64,000 bases of DNA. Origin: Eledone cirrhosa (Eukaryota). Location: positions 155,620,001 through 155,684,000 of the forward strand of contig OZ024742.1 in assembly GCA_964016885.1 (NCBI GenBank), given 5' to 3'. Positions 55,441 through 64,000 of this stretch are shown in pieces; position 1 is the stretch's first letter; the number at the start of each line of letters is the position of its first letter. Both the position numbers and the translations under genes were made by a program. A model generated the notes under the pieces. It worked only from the letters and a program-made list of their open reading frames with translations. It was not told the origin of the DNA and made no database searches.

Positions 55441-58400
55441 ATTCAATTCAATTCAATATATTTGGCAGAAAATAAAACATAGATGCTTCAGATGCCATTT
55501 AATAAGGGGAGAGGGGCAACATTTACATAGTCGGAAACACAGTGGTCCAACACCGGTCCAATTTCGCCTTGGATTGTTGCGTGGTTGAAGCGTTGACTAC
55601 TTCTTCGGGAAGCCGATTCCAGGGTCCTAGATGCGGATCGAGAAAGCAGCTCTCCGTCTATTTAGGCGAAAGCGGCGGTGAAACACCTTTTTGTCATGTC
55701 CACGTAAACCCCTTTCACGTGCCGGAGTGAATAGGAGATATTGAGGGAGATCGTAATGGCCATTGAAGAGATTGTAAGCCAAAATAAAATCGCCTCGTAG
55801 CCGTCGACGCTCCAAGAAGAGTTTCAGCTTCTGCAGCTGGTTTTCGTAGGGCACCTCATAAAGAGTCTGTACCATTCGAGTCGCTAGTCGTTGAATTCTC
55901 TCCAAGTGATGGATATCCCTGATGAGATATGGGTTTGATGCTTGGATGCCATATTCTAGGTGTGGTCGCACTAGGGCGACATAGAGAGGCCTGAAGATTT
56001 CTGAAGTGAGTTTGGCTGAGGAGCGTCAAATAAGAAAAAGAGACCTCCTTGCCTTGTTTGCGGCTTGGATGCAATGTTTTGATGGTTTGAAGGACGAGTC
56101 GACCAGCAGACCCAGATCTGTAGTCTCCTCAACCTCCTTCAAAGGAGCAGCGCCACCGGTGAAGGTAAGAGCTGAGTTATAAGGTGTACCCACTGCCATA
56201 TGGCAACAATATTCGACATTGAGGTATAAATCCCAGTCAATGGACCAACTCCAGGCACGCTGGAGGATGCACTTGAGATAGTCGATCTCGCTCCTACGGG
56301 CTGCCATTTTCGCATCATCTGCAAATATGAGCACGTTTCCACCAATCACGTCCGGAATGTCATTGATGTATAGAAGGAAGAGAATTGGGCCCAACACAGA
56401 GCCCTGGGGAAAGCCACTGCCTACACCCACCCACGATGACAGACTGCCATTGATCCGAACTCTGCAAGTACGACCCTCATGAAATGATCCAATCCACTTT
56501 ATAATCGAGTCATGGAGACCGTAGTTGCTGAGCTTATACAGGAGCAGGCGGTGGTTGACAGAGAAAGATAATATCGGCCGCATCTCCATCATCCAGTATC
56601 CTCGTCACCCATTCTTCCATAACGAGTAGGTTTGTGAGACAGGAATGAAACCGTGTTGAGATGGAGAGATGGCAGTGAAAGACGTAAGATGAGCCATAAT
56701 TGCCCGCTTGATTAGAGATTCCAAGGCTTTACAGACAATTGAGGTGAGGCTCATGGATCTGTAGTTCCCCAGGTCTTTGTGTCGCCTCTTTTAAAGATAG
56801 GCAAACTTGTAGCTAGTTTACATTAGCCAGGAACAACTCCGGTAGCCAACGATAGGTTGAATAGTGTGGCTAGAGGTTTAGCAAGGTTGGGTGCAACTGC
56901 ATCCCAAATCGCTGGATGTAGACCGTCTGGACCATGCCCCTTATTCAAATCTAAGGATAAAAACAACTTTTCCACCTCGTCCGGTCTTACGGTGGTTGGC
57001 TGCATTGGTGGGGCTATCATGTTTAGATTTGGAGATTCTCTGCCATCATCCTCTTTGAAGATATTTGCGAAAACATCGGCAAAAAGAGAAGCTTGTTGGT
57101 CAGAGTGTTCAATAACTGCACCTTCGGGGTTTCGGAGAGTGACAATTTGGTTATTCAATTTTTTATTTCTCTGCACGTGAGCGCATAAGCGCTTTGGATT
57201 AAGACCGGCATCATTTGCAAGTTTCCTTTCAAAATGTTGCCTTCCAATTCTGGAAATATGCTCGACATGATTTCGCTGCTTTCTGTACACATCAAATGCC
57301 GCCGCAGACATGGTCTCTTGATAGTGCCCCCAAGCAGCGTTTCTTAACTTCCGTTCGCGGATAATTGTCTTTGTCATCCAGGGTTTGTGTTTCTTGCGTT
57401 TTGGCGTTCTCAGCGGCACTGCCATTTCTGTTAGCCCAAGTAGAATTTTCTTTATTTCTCGCCACAAAGTTTCAACAGACTAATGTTCAGTTAGGCTGGG
57501 CGAATTTATCTCGTCGGAGGCCATTTTGATAAGATCATGATTCATAGCAGCAAATATTCTGCTCGGCTGATTCGAAACAGGAGGCGGTGCAAGCAAAGTA
57601 TGCATGCTCAGTACTGCATGATCGCTTTTCCCAAGTGGAGACAGAACTTGCAGAGACGATACGGATCTAGGATAATTGGAGAAGATAAGGTCTAGTAACG
57701 ACGGTCGTTGACCACTTCCAGCCCTTGTCTGATTTGTAACATGCTGGCAGATGAAACATTATTCCGTCGTATCGAGCAATAGCTGGTCGAAGTAATTGTT
57801 GGACATGCACACATTTAAGTTCCAATCTATAGTCGGGGCATTAAAATCCCCGAGTATAAGACAGTCATTTGGACATCTTGAGACAGCTTTCATTGCATAA
57901 ATGAGACTCTGATCTTCATCTGTTGTAGAACTAGGACGGCGATAGATGGAAAGAACGGAAATAGTTTCTCCACCCACATTAAGACTGCAAAGAACAGCAT
58001 CAAAGTTCTTCGAAAGTACGGTGATCGGTGGTAGAAGCTGACGGGATGGTTAGAGCGATGATGTTGCATACACGATAACTCCCCTACCTTTTCTTTGAGA
58101 TCTATCAAATCGGAATGTAGTAAAGTCAGGAATATGAATCTCTGTAGCTTTGACTTCTGAATTATACCAGGTTTCGGATATGGCTATCAGGTTTGCCTTC
58201 TCGTCTGTAATAACGGAATGGAGATCACCAAGTTTGTACAGAAGAGAGCAAGCGTTGGTTAAAATAACTTAAAATGGGTGATCAAGGGACGGCGATTTGG
58301 GCTTTAATCGCTTTTTGGGGATCTTTGGGAGGAAGTTGGAGGGCTTATTGCACATCTTCTCATCTGAGATGGCTGTTTGTTCTGCCAGAGAAGTTTGGGG

Positions 58401-59520
58401 TCTTTGGATATTGTTATTGGGGCCGCCCAAAGGTAAGAGTGTACTATCTTTCCGTTTCTTATCCACAGACCAGTCTCTACGGCAGCTATACGGTTTCTTT
58501 CTTCTAAGGAGAACTCCTTCCGAAAACCCAATTTACTACCCCCGTAACACTTTCTGGCTTTTGCAAGGAAGTCCTCTGCTTGCTGAGAAGTAGAGAATTT
58601 GACTTTGATGGGTCAGGGTTTAGAGTTGGGATTTCGTTCTTCAGATTTTTGGCCAATTCTCACGGCTCGGACTTGCGTCTTGTTATCTGAATCGCCAATA
58701 GTGAGAGATAAACAAATGTTTGAGATAAACTCAAAGTCTTGGTGGTTCTTCTCCTTTTCAGTATTTGCACAGCATTCAGAAACTCCGTAGACATAAACAG
58801 ATTTGTTACACTGTTGTTCTTCAGCGCTGGCAGCTGTCTTGGGGTACCACATTTATCTGTAACATAATGGCGACCGTTCACTGAGTTGATCCGATCCGCT
58901 TCATCTTCAAGCGGACTTGTATTTGCCGTAACAAAATTATCTGCTGAGCTGATAGGTAGACAAATAGACGAGACCAATGTGTGTTGCTTGGTGTTGTCTT
59001 GTGCAGCATCTGCCATATTCTTCCTTTGCTTCTTTTGGTGCTTCGGTTTTGCTTTTATCGTCTTCGCCTGGGAAGCTGCAGATTTAGACGGTATGGAAGT
59101 ATCGCATCATTAGTAGGTTGAAGTGATAATATAGTTTCTTCCATTATCAACATATTTGACATGAGGGCATCAATTTGAGTTTGCAAGTTAGCGTTTCTCG
59201 GTTCGATTTAGGTAAGGTTCCGTTTCAACCACTCGCAATTACATTTACAGGTGGGTGGCATAACATTGCGATAAATTTGGACAGTCGAGCGAGCTCTTGT
59301 AGATGCAGGCATTATTGTGCTTAGAAGATGTACACACGTTGACGATTGGAGTTGAAAAAAAAAGACAGTATAATCCACAAATGCGTAGAACAATCCCAAA
59401 AAAGAAGGAAACACATCAGCAATAACCCTCTTTGGATGAATAGTCGAATCAACTTGAGCCGTTACGCACCAGCATTGGGTGTGTAGTTTATCCGTCTGCT
59501 TCACATACAATTAATGTGCT
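55441..59520 (-). mobile_element. Near full-length CR1-group LINE, inactivated
   Basis: ORF1 (VYVYGVSE..AVRIGQK..PIKVKF), APE (TNACSL, IAISETW, IYRRP, LGDFNAP, SDH), RT (GPDGLHP, PQGSVLGPILFLLYIND, FADDAK), RPHLEYG..LERIQRLATRMV..LRGH; (ATTGA)n tail at 55441-55458. Confidence 0.92.
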
Positions 59521-59687
59521 GTGTTGTTAAACAACCCCTCTCGCACCCCCCAAACAAAAATTGATAGGGAACATATATATATTAGGTTGATATGGGGTCT
59601 AAAATATACATATTGCCATAAATGACTGATAGCAGATGTTTTGGTGAATTAAATGTTTACTACTATAGATTAGTATGTATTATTTTA

Positions 59688-59899
59688 ATAAAGTACCAGT
59701 AATACACTGGATATTTGATGGCCTTGTGCCAAAAAAGTAGGAACAATTATTTTAATAAATATATAGTTACGTCCCTTTACGATCCGAGGTCAAATCCCGC
59801 CGAGGTTAACTTTGTCTTTCACCCTTACGGGGTCGATAAAATAAAGTACCAGTAATGTACTGGGTAATTGCTGGCCTTGTGCCAAAAGTAGAAACAATA
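59688..59899 (+). mobile_element. Two 5'-truncated SINE copies
   Basis: Family 3' parts. Confidence 0.8.
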
Positions 59900-61631
59900 T
59901 TTTAATAAAGATATGTATATTTTTAATAAAAGATGGAAGGCCTTTGGTCACAAATATACTAGATCAGATTTGACGTATGGCTGATATTAAACAAAAGCAA
60001 TATCAAACGTGGAATCATCTACACACTCGGCCTGTTTGAAATGACAGTATAACTTCCCTCAAATAACTCCTAACACCTTAACAAATATACCCTCTGTTTA
60101 AAGATGTAGTTTTGTACCTTAATTGAAAACGGCGGGCTGAACATTGATGAAATAATTTTGACATATGGCTGTCGTTCACAGTTGACCGGTGTCCAAATAA
60201 CAAGAAAAATCTTTGATTATCAAAACACCACAACGAGATAAAGAAATATCTGATATTTTTCTAATGAGAGACAATGTTAAATAATTCCATTTAATACCGC
60301 AACACAATATTTTGAAACTCATTGTACTAAACTCTATTATTTACATGTTTTCATTGTCTGAAATAGAATTCTTCGTAAGCAGATATTGAGTGTTTTTCCT
60401 CGCCTAAGATTATAATTTTGTAATAGGAATATTTCATATCCTAGAGGCTGTATTATATTTACTATATAAATTCAAAGTATGCTTATTTACATATAACAAA
60501 TACATTTTACTTGAGAAGACAATACGTCTGATATTTATAAGTTTGCAGGAATGATATCAATGTTATTGTTAGATTCCTAAATAAAAATGAAATATGTCTA
60601 AGTAGTAATACACAAGAAACTTAATTTTGTATTAGAAGGATATTTATTACATTTTAGTTTCTATTTCACATTGTAATTGATACTGACAAAGGTATATCTC
60701 GATTTTTTTTTATCATGACAGCAGATTGTTGAAAGGCACATTTCATAATTTTAGATAAAATATTATGGGCATTAGTTACATGTCTTTAAGTATTTGAAAA
60801 CTACATTCTAGTCGCAATCATCACATTGACTCCGACTTAATTTTTCTGTCATTTGAATGACTATTGAAACCGGACATGTTCTTCAATTGTTTGGGCATGA
60901 AATGTGCATAGATATCCGTCAACTTGGACTGCAATCTTGTGCAATATACTAACATGTATCTTCAGTCCAGCAACAAGCATCTATGCTTTTCCATAGCAGA
61001 GGTGATTGTATTGAATGCGATTCGAGGGTTTGTTACTCCTGACATATATGTTTTTATGTTGAAGAAGACAGTCTTTGGATATGTTTATGAAGACATTCTT
61101 TGGATTGCCCTCGTACAGTGCAGGTGATTTTTTCCCCGAAACCTCATCATGGGAGATTAACAGCGCGTTGCTTTCGGGCATTGCACTTCAATGTTCTGAG
61201 ACTAATCCTTTGTTGTTTGAGATTCCAGTCTGTTCTACGTGGTGCTATATCCCCAGTAAGTCATGTATGTTTCGTGCTGGAGGAGCTCACCGAAATTGCT
61301 TTGCTATCCTAAACTAATTTTAGTGGGGATGATTAGCCTCTGAAACAAGACAACTAATTTCCAGCTAATCATTAAAATGTGTCTCATACTTCCATTGGGA
61401 TCTTCGAGAACTTAACATTCCCCTCAGTATGATGTCAGTTTCTCAAACGATGCTAGCAGTGAATTGAGAGCACAAGCACCAGAGATGCAGTGTATGATCT
61501 AATATCTTGAGTCTATCTGATCAAATCCGTTTTCGTGTGTACTAAATACAATAGAGAACACCAACTCAAAATTTAATCTCAGATTCAAGAGATCCACATC
61601 AACGGATGCAGAGATGGAAAGATATAGGAAC

Positions 61632-61840
61632 ATGTCCAACATACACAATGAGTTCAAGATGCACAAATGAGTCCAATATACACAAACGAATCTAGTTCAC
61701 ACAAATTAGTCAATGATACAAAAAACGAGTCCCTCATACGGAATCACGTCCAAGATACATCAACTCATCGAAGATACACAATTGTGTCCAGTACGCACAA
61801 TCGTGTCTGGGAAATAGAAACAAGTCCAAGATGCACAAGG
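61632..61840 (+). repeat. Diverged minisatellite, about 19 bp x 11
   Basis: Consensus approximately gagtccaagatacacaaat. Confidence 0.7.
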
Positions 61841-62387
61841 CAGTTCTTTTGAGCCATTGAACAATTCTACACTTTCGGGATCAGCCATCATATCACTGCT
61901 ATACAAACCGTATCAGGTATACCCATATGTTCCTGGTTTTTAACTTAAGTTACTCTGAGTAATCGCAATTTTTAATTCTCTATAAGGACTATTGGCCACT
62001 CCTACGATAAAAGACATACGTGAAATAATATATCAAACACATCAGGATATCTACAGTATCCCCAATCAAATTAGTCCAATGTTTGTAAAGGAGAAAATAT
62101 CGTTTGACGAAGATCAATTACATTCAAGCTTATGATTTAGAATATATTTTCTGAAATGCCAGTTGAACACCAGTAGATATATTTGACGAGCACTCGTTCT
62201 TCATCGTCTTTACTTATCTGTGCAATAGTGACATATGAAATCATCAGTACTGAGGTTTGGCATTCTTTTGAGATACATTAGGGGGAAGGGATTACTATTA
62301 TAACTAGTGTTGACATTTATGTCGTGTATTCATCAGAACAATTGTTTACTTAAGTGTTTTGATACATCCACTAAGTTCTCCATCAGT

Positions 62388-64000
<1,613 letters not shown>

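Noticed and set aside
61632-61840. CRISPR-like array
   Set aside because: No unique spacers, eukaryotic context and no cas genes.

Overview
AT-rich, microsatellite-dense eukaryotic DNA that looks intronic or intergenic. The SINE and LINE content suggests an octopod cephalopod (inference). I found no intact host gene. The window is mostly mobile DNA: a Naiad-type Penelope-like element (PLE) and further PLE relics, three Tx1/L1 LINE copies, a near full-length CR1-group LINE, RTE (Expander/Rex3-like) and R4/Dong relics, a non-autonomous Helitron, about 15 tRNA/Nin-domain SINE copies, and a probable decayed two-BIR (IAP) pseudogene. The most notable signal is non-coding: about 19 hammerhead-ribozyme (HHR) motifs, roughly half with intact cores, from about 10 unrelated repeat families. 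They sit in (TA)n-embedded long hairpins and tandem retrozyme-like units of 553 and about 426 bp. Several carry non-canonical cores (U3-A8 covariation; unpaired 10.1/11.1). All folds and alignments were done by eye, so boundaries are approximate unless a motif is quoted.
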